A stretch of 64,000 bases of DNA from positions 6,760,001 to 6,824,000 of the forward strand of contig CM059433.1 in assembly GCA_030390025.1 (NCBI GenBank), written 5' to 3'. The notes beneath the pieces were generated by a model, which was given only the letters and a program-made list of their open reading frames with translations, was not told the origin of the DNA and made no database searches. A program made the translations under genes and the position numbers. Each line of letters opens with the position of its first letter. Within the stretch, counting starts at the first letter, position 1. Below, one piece after another: positions 36,385-48,385 of the stretch. This DNA is from Squalus acanthias (lineage: Eukaryota).

Positions 36385-36850
36385 GAAGAAGACTTGCATT
36401 TATATAGCGCCGTTCATGACCACCGACGTCCCAAAGCGCTTTACAGCCAGTGAAGTACTTTTGAAGTGGGGTCACTGTTGTAATGTGGGAAACGTGCAGC
36501 CAATTTGCGCACAGCAAGCTCCCACAAACAGCAATGTGAAAATGCCCAGATAATCTGTTTTTGTTATGTTGGTTGAGGGAGAAATATTGGCCAGGACACC
36601 GGGGATAACGCCCCTGCTCTTCTTCGAAATAGGGCCCATGGGATCTTTTACGTCCACCTGAGAGAGCAGACGGGGCCTCGGTTTAACGTCTCATCCGAAA
36701 GACGGCACCTCCGACAGTGCAGTGCTCCCTCAGCACTGCACTGGAGCGTCAGCCTAGCTTTATGTGCTCAAGTCCCTGGAGTGGGGACTGTGAACCCACA
36801 ACCTTCTGACTCAGAGGCGAGTGTGCTACCCACTGAGCCACGGCTGACAC
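36385..36850 (-). mobile_element. Deu-domain SINE, full length
   Basis: Same family, lying ~40 bp from the previous copy. Confidence 0.85.
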
Positions 36851-37229
36851 TGGGCTGATAGATGATGCATGTACAAATGAGAAGGGATAAGATACATGTT
36901 TGTAGACTGAGATTCATGGCTAAATTATTGTTATTTTCTCTCTTTGGTGTGCTGCATTCCTATGTAATATTAATCCATTCTAGTGTGTTGTTTATATGTA
37001 ACTATGACAAAGAGGAACAGCTGTAGTGGCAAAAGCTGTTTAGTTGTAGAATGTACTAGATTACTGTAAAAGGTTGTGGTAAGGGCTGTAATGGAGGTTT
37101 CTAGTCAGGCTAGGAAAGTTCTAGTTAATTATAGCCCTGGTGTGCAGTTGCTCCATGTGATGGTGTAATTGTTCTATATTATGAAATAGAACACGGAAGT
37201 ATTTAATAGCTGAAAAATGCTGTCAGATC

Positions 37230-37735
37230 CAACAACATCAACTTTTTATACAGCGCCTTTAATGTAGTAAAACATCACAAGGCGCTTCACAGGAGCGTAA
37301 TCAACCCAAGTTTGACACCGAGCCACATAAGGAGGTATTAGGGCAGGGCTTGGTCAAAGAGGTAGGTTTTAAGGAGCGTCTTAATGGAAGAGAGAGAGGT
37401 AGAGAGGCGGAGAGGTTTAGGGAGGGAATTCCAGAGCTTAGGGCCCAGGCTGCTGAAGGCACAGCCACCAATGGTGGAGCGATTAAAATCGGGGATGCTC
37501 AAGAGGCCAGAATTAGAGGAGCGCAGAGTTGACTGAGGGTTGGAGGAGGTTGCAGAGATAGGGAGGGACGAGGCCATGGAGGGATCAGAAAACAAGGATG
37601 ATAATTTTAAGATTGAGGCGTTGCTGGACTGGGAGCCAATGTAGGTCAGCGAGCCCAGGGGTGATGAGTGAACGGGACTTGGTGCGAGTTAGGATACGGG
37701 CAGCAGAGTTTTGGATGAATTTTAGTTTATGTAGG
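37230..37735 (-). mobile_element. L2 3' fragment
   Basis: LRSSNSGLLSIPDFNRSTIGGCAFSSLGPKLWNSLPKPLRLSTSLSSIKTLLKTYLFDQA. Confidence 0.85.
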
Positions 37736-38094
37736 GCGGGAGAACAATCCTGTTCCTTTTGCTATGTCTCAAAGATGCCGACCTATCATCTCCCCATACC
37801 TTCGATCCCTTCCGTCTCTCTCCCTCTCTCTCGCTCGTGACACATCTAATTGTCTCTGGAACCCATTTAACATTTTGTTTCTCTCCAATTTTTCCCCCTC
37901 AAATTTGTATTGTGATCAGAAGCAGTAACCCTGGCTGATTTTTTTTCTTTTCCAGCCAATTGCAGCATCCCTACTACTGGCGAGACTGAGAACAGTCAAG
38001 CCAGAACAGACCAGGGATTCATTCTAGGCCTCTCCTGGTCTGATGACTCCGAGATTCAAAAACTTTAACTCCGAGCCATCAAGGATGATCCTAT

Positions 38095-38622
38095 AATAAA
38101 AACAGAAAATGCTGGAAACACTCAGCAGGTCAGGCAGCATCTGTGGAGAGAGAAACAGAGTTAACGTTTCAGGTCGATGACCTTTCGTCAGAACTGGAAA
38201 AAGTTGGAGATGGAACAGGTTTTTAAGCAAGGGAAAAGGGGAGGGGAGGAAAGAACAAAAGGGAAGGTCTGTGATAGGATGGAAGGCAGGAGAGAGGGAT
38301 GATGGTGCAAGGCAAAAGGAGATGGTAATCAGTTCTGACGAAAGGGTCTTCGACCTGAAACGTTAACTCTGTTTCTCTCTCCACGGATGCTGCCTGGCCT
38401 GCTGAGTTTTTCCAGCGTTTTCTGTTGTTATTTCGGATTTCCAGCATCTGCAGTATTTTGCTGTTGTGTTGAGATGGTAATGGGACAAGTTAAGAAACAA
38501 AAGATGACTCTAGATGAGGTGTAAATGACAATGGCAGAATCATCAACAGCTGCCATGTGAGAGAAAAAGAAAATTGGGGCCGAGGTTATAGTCTGAAATT
38601 GTTGAACTCGATGTTGAGTCCA
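38095..38622 (-). mobile_element. Penelope-like 3' end, family B, containing a nested antisense copy (38330-38470)
   Basis: Minus strand has ...GLNIEFNNFR (ggactcaacatcgagttcaacaatttcag) and a hammerhead at ~38158-38197. The inner + strand copy is flanked by TSD GAGATGGTAAT. Confidence 0.85.
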
Positions 38623-39421
38623 TATGTCAATGAGACCCAACGCCTGTTTTAGGAGTCAGCAAGGATGCCTGAAAAGTAGCCCGACCCAATCTCGGGTTGG
38701 ATGCCTTTCAAGCGTCCTTGGGGTGCAGGATGTTAGTCCCCAAAATTGGGATTCATTGCGCCCATTTTACACCGATAAAACAGGCACAATAAGGTCCAAT
38801 TTCTATCCCTTAGGCAACTGAAATATCTTGTTAATGTTTATTAAGGACACATACAATAAAGCACCACGGGACCAACTGGGTAAAAAAACAGAAACGATAT
38901 TGACGTGGATCAAGAGAGCGACTGTTGTGGATTTAAAGCCAATATAATGATTAAAAAATGATTTGATTCTGGCCTATATTTTTTAAAAAGGGCAGCACTT
39001 CAAGCTCTGTATATATAATATGTGGAAAATTGTCGTATATTTTGTTAAATGGGGCAAATAAGGTTAAAGGCAAGATGACGTGTGATTTGGTTCTAAAACC
39101 CAATTTCTCTCAGAACACTCGAAAAACAATTCTCATGTCCTACGTTGGGCTGTGGGTGAATATTATCGTGATTGATGATTGAACAATCAACAGAAAATGT
39201 TTTATTTTCACAAAGCAGGGACATTTCATTTGTAAAATGTTCCAATAAGATAAGAATGAATTCAGAGATGGAATTGGTTTCCTTATAGATTCCAGCCAAT
39301 TAGGTCATCGCAATTTAGCATTTAAAGAATGAAGATAGACTCCCAGCCCAATGTACAGTCAGTAGGAGCAATTAGATGAAGAGCACACTTTGCTACATAA
39401 TAAGTCACTGCACTTGTAAAA

Positions 39422-39892
39422 GTGTCAGCTGTGGCTCAGTGGGTAGCACACTCGCCTTTGAGTCAGAAGGTTGTGGGTTCACAGTCCCCACTCCAGGGAC
39501 TTGAGCACATAAAGCTAGGCTGACACTCAGCAGTGCTGAGGGAGTGCCGCACTGTCGGAGGTGCCATCTTTCGGATGAGACGTTAAACCGAGGCCCCGTC
39601 TGCTCTCTCAAGTGGACGTAAAAGATCCCCATGGGCACTATTTCGAAGAAGAGCAAAGGAGTTATCCCCGGTGTCCTGGGCCAATATTTCTCCCTCAATC
39701 AACATAACAAAAAAAACCAGATTATCTGGTCATTTTCACATTGCTGTTTGTGGGAGCTTGCTGTGCGCAAATTGACTGCTGCGTTTCCCACATTACAACA
39801 GTGACTCCACTCCAAAAGTACTTCATTGGCTGTAAAGCGCTTTGAGACGTCCGGTGGGCGTGAAAGGCGCTATAGAAATGCAAGTCTTTTTT
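39422..39892 (+). mobile_element. Deu-domain SINE, full length
   Basis: gtgtcagctgtggctcagtgggtagcacactcgcc...ggttcac...aaaggcgctatagaaatgcaagtc. Confidence 0.85.
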
Positions 39893-41833
39893 AATTCATT
39901 GTGCTATGTAAATGCAAGCATTTCTTTCTTAATCAGAGATCTTTAAAGAAGAAATTATAAGCCCTTCATTTTTTTTTTAGTTATTTTGACCCTATCTATT
40001 AGTCCCTTCATGTCACGCACCATTTTAAGGAGATGACTTTCTCTCCGGCCTCTGTTAATACCATATTTGAGCGAGTGCTGATGACTGTGTCAACTCACTC
40101 CTAGATTCCCCCCCCCCCCCCCCCCCCCCCCCGCACCATGTGTGAAGAAACCTTTGGGTAGAAATCGGACCTCGATGGGCCTGTTTTATGGGCCTAAAAT
40201 GGACATGACAAGGCCTAATTTCGTGGACCAATGTCCTGTGGCCCAGGGACGCCTGAATAAACACCCAAGCTGAGGTTGGTACGGGCCATTTTTCAAGGCA
40301 TGCCTGGCGGCCATCTAAAACTGGCGTCAGCTCCTTAAAAGGTGCAAATGAGGAGCCTTATGTCTGTTTTAGGCCCCCTGACAGAAACTGGGCAGCGATG
40401 AGCAGGGCACTCCTGCTCAGAATTCTTCGGCAGCCACCAACTACAGGTAAGGTTTTGAGAATTATTTTTTTTTAATATAAAAAACCTTCCTGTAAAAGCA
40501 GTCATTATGATCACCACCACCCCCCCCCCCCCTCCTCCCCTCCGCCATTGTCAGCTCCAACCGCCTCTCCCAGGACTGACATTCAGGCCGCTGAGTATTT
40601 CAGTGAGCTGCCTGTGGAGGCACGACAGGTGCCAGCAGATCCCGCAATTTAAAAAAAAAATCCCAGTTGGGACTCGTGCTGCCAGCGCAGTGCCGATTCT
40701 GGACAGCCCCACTGAAATAGAGAACTTAACGAGGATAACTGTAGACCCAAACTTGCATACATGCCACCCCCCCACCCCCCCCCGAGTGCCGCATCCCTGA
40801 AAGTCACAAATGGCATTTTTTTCCTCAAAATCCAATGAAATATTCAGAGACCCAGGCATGCCCCCAAGACAAGGAACATTCCTGTGCTCCCAGTTGTTCC
40901 CACCGAGGCCGCTTGCAACTAATCACATTTTGTGTAATTATCCAAGCGGAGCCGGCCGTCCAGAGAGAGGCAAAGGGGGAAGAATGTGAAGACAGTGGGT
41001 CAGGAAGAGTCATAGCGATCCCGTGGGTTCAATGGGGCTGAAAGTCATCTCGGGTCTCAGCGCAAAGCGGGCGGCAGTGAATCAGCAGCTTGCTTTACCC
41101 TCTGCCCCATTATCTTTTCGGGCGGGTTGTCGAATGGGCTGCCGATTCGCTCTTGCCCGCTATTGCCCAAGGTAAACTTCACGCCCAGTGATTTACTGGT
41201 CACCGAGTAAACTCAGTAATCAGATTACATGGTGCGTGACGTAAGAAAACTACTAGGGACTCGGTCTAAGCGTTAAACAAAGCTTTAATCAACTGTTTTC
41301 CAACATGGAGATCTAGTTGAGTCCTTCCCTAGTTCCTGTTGAGGAATGTCCTAAGCAAGCTGGGCCCATGCCCGAGTATTTATACTCTCCCTGGACAGCG
41401 CCATCAGCAGGCCGCCAAGTATTACTTCATACAAGATTCATGTCAGTGCGTTGTTAAGATTCAGCTTCAACTAACAAAGCCGCCAATGGCGTGTGGCGTG
41501 GTCTATTGAAACACCGCTTTATGGCACGGTGGATTGATGGGACACCAGCTCAATTCCTCCCACCCAATTCTGCCGCGTTCTCAACCTCCGTCACGCTGCT
41601 GTAGGGGTAGCATCAGCAAGGATAGAAATTCAGTCAACCCAGGCCCACTCCTACACACCTCACAGCACAGGCTCGGAGCAGTATTAGCAGGGGACTGGCA
41701 GGAGATCACCTCCCACCTGTCCTCAGGGACAAACCGGAGTTAAAATAGAGGGACATCATTCCATCATAAGAGAGGCCAAGAAATAACAAAGTTACGTCAT
41801 GCTGTGCAATAAATAAGCACACGTCTGGCTTAC

Positions 41834-42215
41834 CTCTTGAGACCCTTCCTTGAATGTCTCTGTGAAGGTGGTGTCTGGAGTCCTTCTTTGTGAAGACTGT
41901 GCAGTTGAGGGGAAGTGCTCACCGTGCATATTTCGGTCATAGATGATGACGCGCTCAGGAGGCTCGCCGGAATACACCGCTGGTGGGATTCCCACTGAAA
42001 AGTTATTAGGGTGCATTTCCGTTTTGATGGAATGGGGCGGTACTGTTGTGACGGAGACGGTGACTGTAGTGTCTGGGGCTGTAAATTGGTTTACTTTGTC
42101 GTGTCCTATGGGGTGGCTGGGCAACACCAAGTTGACCGGCAAAACTCTCAGCGGCTGCACTCGGCTGTCCACCGTGGAGATGACTGGATGGTCCGCCGCA
42201 GACGGCACGCAATTC
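41834..42215 (-). CDS. GRHL1: GRHL1 coding exon 4
   Basis: Translates NCVPSAADHP...TAPDTTVTVSVTTVPPHSIKTE...VGIPPAVY...QRRTPDTTFTETFKEGSQE, with motifs diagnostic for GRHL1. Acceptor tcttttcaag, donor GAG|gtaagc; 382 bp. Confidence 0.95.
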
Positions 42216-42678
42216 CTTGAAAAGACAGGAAGGTAGTTTCAAAAATACTGTAGAACCACAACGACGTGGCAAAACGCTCATCCAACGTTCAGGCGGATTT
42301 CTCAAATTGTTCATTAAAAAATGCGCAGGTTCCATTTTAACATCGGGAAGATTTTGACCGGCGGAACGGGCTGGTCAACCACCCATTCTGGTGGAGAAGT
42401 TGCCCCCCACCCCCCCTCCATGATCTTGAGGATCCGTCATAGGACCCTGGCTTCCATATTAAAAGGAGCCTCTCGCCTGAATCAGGTGAGTGCTTTAGAC
42501 ATTCGGCGGTAGGCCGCTTTAAAATGGCGGCGGCGGCGGCTTGGGGCGGTAAGGCTACCGACCCCCTATCTTCAGCTCATTACTGCCCCATTAACGTCAG
42601 GCGAGGCCATTCAAAATTGACCCCATTGATCTTACGATTAAAATGTTATCGCTTCCATTATAGTAAATAAATGAAGTG

Positions 42679-43154
42679 TAAAGAAAGAAAGACTTGCATT
42701 TAGATAGCGCCTTTCACGACCACCAGACGTCTCAAAGCGCTTCACAGCCAATGAAGTACTTTTTTGAAGTGGAGCCACTGTTGTAATGTGGGAAATTCGG
42801 CAGCCAATTTGCGCACAGCAAGCTCCCACAAACAGCAATGTGATAATGGCCAGATCATCTGTTTTTGTTATGTTGGTTGAGGGATAAATATTGGCCCCAG
42901 GACACCAGGGATAACTCCCCTACTCTTCTTCGAAATAGTGCCATGGAGATCTTTTACGTCCACCTGAGAGAGCAGACGGGGCCTTGGTTTAACGTCTCAT
43001 CCGAAAGACGGCACCTCTGACAGTGCAGCACTCCCTCAGCACTGCACTGGGGTGTCAGCCTAGATTAATGTGCTCAAGTCCCTGGAGTGAGACTTGAACC
43101 CACAACCTTCTGACTCAGAGGCGAGTGTGCTACCCACTGAGCCACGGCTGACAC
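42679..43154 (-). mobile_element. Deu-domain SINE, full length
   Basis: Same family, with head and tail present. Confidence 0.85.
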
Positions 43155-43404
43155 TGTGGGCAGCACACTCGCCTCTGAATGTAGTGAAATGAAGAGGAAG
43201 GCTTCATCAATCTGATTTTAAGTTCAAAATGTGATAAAGTCGTAATTTTTGTTTCGCAAGCCCAGCATTTCCCAAAGATTTGTTGAAAAATTAGGGCATT
43301 CATAGGCTGGCGAGAAAAGCAGATCAGAACTATCCTAACTTTCTTTATCACAGTTGTAATGGTTTCTTAAAGAAACAGTTACAGCTGTGATAAAAAAAAA
43401 AATT

Positions 43405-44098
43405 ACAGCGGTGAGGAGGGATGATCTGTTAGAAGGATCATCAAATGAGGCCATATGGGTTGAACTGAAGAACAAAAAAGGGGCAATCACAATGCTGGGA
43501 GTGTACTATCGACCCCCAAATAGTCAGAGCGAGATAGAAGAGCAAATATTTAGGCAAATTTCTGAGAAGTGCAAAAACAATAGGGCAGTAATAGTAGGGG
43601 ATTTCAACTACCCTAATGGATAGAATCAGTGTAAAGGGGAGAGAGGGTACAGAATTCTTAAAATGCATTCAGGAGAACTTTTTTAGCCAGTACGTAGCAA
43701 GCCCAACAAGAGAGGGGGCGGTTCTGGACTTAGTTTTAGGGACTGAAGCTGGGCAGGTGGAAGGGGTATCAGAGGGAGAGCATTTTGCTGGTAGTGATCA
43801 TAATTCAGTTAGATTTAGGGTAGTTATGGAAAAGGACAAAGATAGACCAGGAGTAAAAGTTCTTGATTGGGGAAAGGACAATTTTACTGAGCTGAGATGC
43901 GATTTAGCAAAAGTGGACTGGAAACAGCTACTTGAAGGTGAATCAGTGTCAGAGCAGTGGGAGACATTCAAGGAGGATAGATAGTGAGGGTCAGAGCAAA
44001 TATGTTCCCACAAAGAAAAAGGGTGGGACTCCCAAATCTAGAGCCCCCTGGATGTCAAGGGGCATACAGCAGTAGGGATAAGGCAAAAAAGGGAAGCT
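43405..44098 (+). mobile_element. CR1 ORF2 AP-endonuclease region fragment
   Basis: EAIWVELKNKKGAITMLGVYYRPPNS...IVGDFNYP...LDLVL...GSDHNSVRF; frameshifted. Confidence 0.88.
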
Positions 44099-44100
44099 TG

Positions 44101-44617
44101 TGTCAGTTAGGACACGGGCAGCCGAGTTTTTGATGAAATCAAGTCTCGTTCGCCCATCACCCCCTGTGCTCGCTGACCTACATTGGCTCCCGGTTAAGCA
44201 GCGCCTCGATTTAAACATTCTCATCATTGTTTTCAAATCCCTCCATGGCCTCGCCCCTCCCTATCTCTGTAATCTCCTTCAGCCCCACAACCCCCCCCGA
44301 GATATCTGCGCTCCTCTAATTCTGCCCTCTTGAGGATCCCTGATTATAATCGCTCCACCATTGGTGGCCGTGCCTTCTGTTACCTAGGCCCTAAGTTCTG
44401 GAATTCCCTGCCTAAGCCTGTCCGCCTCACTACCTCTCTTTCCTCCTTTAAGACGCTCCTTAAAACCTACCTCTTTGACCAAGCTTTTGGTCACCTGCCC
44501 TAGTTTATCCTTGTGTGGATCGGTGTCAAATTTTTTGTCTTAAAATACTCCTGTGCAGCGCCTTGAGATGTTTTACTAGGTTAAAGGCGCTATATAAATA
44601 CAAGTTGTTGGTTGTTG
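44101..44617 (+). mobile_element. L2 3' fragment with an inverted 5' segment
   Basis: PVLADLHWLPVKQRLDLNILIIVFKSLHGLAPPYL; the first ~35 bp are in reverse orientation. Confidence 0.85.
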
Positions 44618-45667
44618 AGTGGAGTAACACACTTTTTACATTTATCAAAATATTATCTTTGCCCCTTCCATCACAAAGGATGTGACTCATACTGAGGTAC
44701 AATGCAGAGGGGGCAATCATACGCGAGCCTAGAAAGTGCACATCGGCAGACTGTTCAACTGTGGAGATCGTCACAGTCAAGCCCAATCTCATTCTTACCT
44801 GATGTCCGTGCACATGCACTTTCCAGCTAGGTTACTGGACACTATTCAGGAGCAGGAAGCCTGGCTGATTTGCCCTCCTCACTGGCCCTAGGGTTCTGAA
44901 GCAAATTTTAGCACCCTACCTTCTTTACATCACCACCTAGTGTGCATATTTCACTGCACAGTAGGGCAGAGATTTCTAGCATAGCTGACAGATGCATCAT
45001 TATAGAATGTATACATGTATATATACACATTTCAAGGTGTGCTAGCCAATTTATCTTCCTTATGGGGGTTTCAGAAGAATTAAAAGATTCAGGGCAGGAA
45101 ATCCAATCTTTTATGGTGAAATGCTTGTAAATTTTTTGACGAAACAGTTGCGATTTTTATTTCCTGACCCCTAAAAACTGCAATACTTGCACCAAATTCA
45201 GAGTTACATGAAGTAACTTTTAGAAAACGTCCTCTAAAGCCCTTCTTTACATCATTTACTCATCATTCCAAGCAGCATTAAAGGTACCCTGATGATTCAG
45301 ATAGCCTAAGTGTTATTCCAGAGCAAAGAACCAATCAAGAAACACACTCAATAATTAATTGGGAAAAAAGGAATAATGTAATGAAAGATTTGTCACTTAT
45401 GCGTAATTTTCTTTAAATGCCATAAGCATACCTGAAACACCTCACAACTTCATTTAACGTCTCTTTATAGATCAAAAGTTGTCATCCTTACCGATTGACT
45501 GCGTTGAATAAGTAAAACTTGAGCTTTAACAGAATAAGGCATGTTTCAGTAACACAAGTAGCAGTACACTTGCCTCCTGACTGGGAAGTTGCTGGTTCAA
45601 GTTTCTGGGCCAACGGATACTCAGATCTGTCTAGGTCACATGGGTGAGACTAGTTAGTTCTAAACCC

Positions 45668-46220
45668 AAAGCCTTTCCATCATCTACAAGGCACAAGTCA
45701 GGAGTGTGATGGAATACTCTCCACTTGCCTGGATGAGTGCAGCTCCAACAACACAAGAAGCTCGACACCATCCAGGACAAAGCAGCCCGCTTGATTGGCA
45801 CCCCATCCACCACCTTAAACATTCACTTCCTCCACCACCGGCGCACCGTGGCTGCAGTGTGTACCATCTACAAGATGCACTGCAGCAACTCGCCAAGGCT
45901 TCTTCGGCAGCACCTCCCAAACCCGCGACCTCTTCCACCTAGAAGGACAAGGGCAGCAGGCGCATGGGAACACCAACACCTCCAAGTTCCCCTCCGAGTC
46001 ACACACCATCCTGACTTAGAAGTATATCGCCGATCCTTCATCGTCGCTGGGTCAAAATCCTGGAACTCCCTCGCTAACAGCACTGTGGGAGTACCTTCAC
46101 CACACGGACTGCAGTGGTTCAAGAAGGCGGCTCACCACCACCTTCTCAAGGGCAACTAGGAATGGGCAATAAATGCTGGCCTTGCCAGCGACGCCCACAT
46201 CCCATAAACGAATAAAAAAA
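45668..46220 (+). mobile_element. Same LINE family as 7663, 3' fragment
   Basis: MEYSPLAWMSAAPT...LDTIQDKAARLIGTPS..., ending aataaaaaaa. Confidence 0.85.
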
Positions 46221-46554
46221 CTAGGCTCCTTGATGGAGCGCCACGTAACAACAACCATTGTATATCGGAGGAAGGAAAATATAAAAGCCTAATGCTGCCA
46301 ACTCACCCTGTTTGAATTGTGCCTCCTTCTGGACGACCGTAAAGCGGCATTGATGTTGGCTGTGTAGAAGGTGGCATGCCAGATCGCACTCCCCTTCTAG
46401 CGCGAGGGGGATGCATGGGGGTGAGCAATCTTCAAAGAGCAAAACAAAATGGAGAGAGAAATAATAACCGTTTACAATAAAAAAAACAACAGGATAAACA
46501 CGTTCATCAGTCAGTTTGGGTAATTATTCATAATCTGCATTCATCATTTTGTAG

Positions 46555-46895
46555 TGGTCATGATGCGGAGATGCCGGCGTTGGACTGGGGTGGACAAAAA
46601 TGAGAAGTCGCACAACACCAGGTTATAGTCCAACAGATTTATTTAAAATTACAAGCTTTCGGAGCTATCGATCGCCCCTTCTTCAGGTAAAGTTACTGTG
46701 AGTGAATCTACAAAAGTTCACAGAATATAAACACAGAACCTGCAGAGATATCTCTGCAGGTTCTGTGTTTATATTCTGTGAACTTTTGTAGATTCACTCA
46801 GTGTAACTCTACCTGAGGAAGGGCCGATAGCTCCGAAAGCTTGTAATTTTAAATAAATCTGTTGGACTATAACCTGGTGTTGTGCGACTTCTCAT
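46555..46895. mobile_element. Penelope-like fold-back element, family A (~300-bp palindrome)
   Basis: Spacerless palindrome centred on GATATC at 46747-46752, with a hammerhead motif in each arm. TSD TCATCATTTTGTAG (46541-46554 / 46892-46905). Confidence 0.85.
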
Positions 46896-47609
46896 CATTT
46901 TGTAGCACAGAGGTTTCTGGGATTGCTGGTCAGTCTTTCAAACTAAACTAAAGAATTGAGAGTGATAGCCAAGTGTCAACAAGTTACGATTCTTAACAAA
47001 TCAGGCACGATTTAGCCCATCAAGTCTGTTGGTTCCACCGACTGTGTGTAATTTACCTTTTCATGGGCTCCTCCCAACCCACTCAAACTTCTGAGGGAAA
47101 CAACAGATGAAACTCTTGTGAAACTTGTACACGGTCTTGGAATTTACTCAACCAAACTCCAGGACATCAACCCAACAGGCCGTTCAACTTTGATCAGCCT
47201 CTGTGCACAGAGGACAATATTTCCGTCCCCTCAGGAGCACAGGAACCAGTGTTTCACCGAGAAACTGCTCTCAGCCAAGCTCAGAAGGAACAAGACATTT
47301 ACACCTCTCTTTTTAATGGATGGATATTTCCAAATCTCGCTAGCCAAAATTGGGACTATTCTACAATTACTCAATTTTAGTCATATCCCTATGGCTTCGA
47401 TCCCAAATCACATTGGGGGGGTCACTTTAACCATAGGCGGTAATGTAAAAAGGCTGATATCAGATCGGCCATTGGTTATACGCCTCTGCCGTTGGAAGTC
47501 AACACATACGAAAGTCAAGAGAGGTGTAGGACGGGCAGCCAAATCAATATCGCCCATTTTACACTATCGACAAAAGTTCAAATTACCCCCAATGTGAGTC
47601 ATCGATAAT

Positions 47610-48385
47610 GGGACGGATTTTCCGACCCCCTACAGGTGCGTATGAGGCGCGCTCGCGCCCATAGGGGCTGCGCAAGTGCCGGTTTCAGGCATGCGAAGCG
47701 AAAGGGCTAAAACCCGGCATTTGCGATCTGTCAAGAATCTTCTTGACAGATCCTCCGCATCCCCAGGAGCAGGGCCTCCGCGGGTGGAGAGTTCCGCTTT
47801 CTGCACAACTTCCATCCGCTGAAAGGCCGTAGAATTCTTACGCCTGGTAAAAGCATGCGTAAGGCCTGCTTTTACCAGCATAAGAGTTTAAAATAACATA
47901 AAAATAATTTTTTCAATCCTTTAAACATTAAAAAACCTGTGCGATAAGGTAAGGTTATTTTTAGCCCCTTTAAAACATTTAAATTTATTTTTCAAAAAAA
48001 TTAAATTTTTGTTTAAAATATTTAATTAAATGGCATTTTAATTAATTTTATATATATGTAATGGTTTTTCTTTATTTATTTCAGTGTGTTGGTGCATTTT
48101 TGCAGTCACCCCCATTCATACTTTTGAGAGTTCTGTGCGTACGGACCTGTCAAAAGTATGAATGGGGATTCCCTTCTTCCATTGGTTGGGCCGGACCACG
48201 TGATCCCGGGGACGATTGCGAACCGCCTGCGCCCCTGGGATACGCGGGCCTCAGCGCATTTCCAAGAGGAGAGGCCCAGGATCGCAAGCCTCGGGAATCT
48301 ACGGAACCAGCAGGTAGGTTCGTAGATTTTTTTCCCGATCAGAGGCATCCGCCCGCAGGAAGCCTCCGATCGGAAATCCAGGGCC
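47610..48385. mobile_element. Putative Harbinger-type MITE (GC-rich ends, AT-rich core)
   Basis: Imperfect terminal inverted match gggacggattttccgacc / gatcggaaatccagggcc; flanks are aat and ata, so no exact TSD. Confidence 0.5.

Noticed and set aside
39422..39495. tRNA-like sequence with A and B boxes (also at 17764 and other SINE heads)
   Set aside because: These are SINE heads continuing into SINE bodies, with no complete cloverleaf, so they are not tRNA genes.
40108..40132. Long C/G homopolymers (also ~9795-9815 and ~63417-63442)
   Set aside because: Simple slippage tracts, two of them at a variable poly-C site of L2; lengths may also be sequencing-unreliable.
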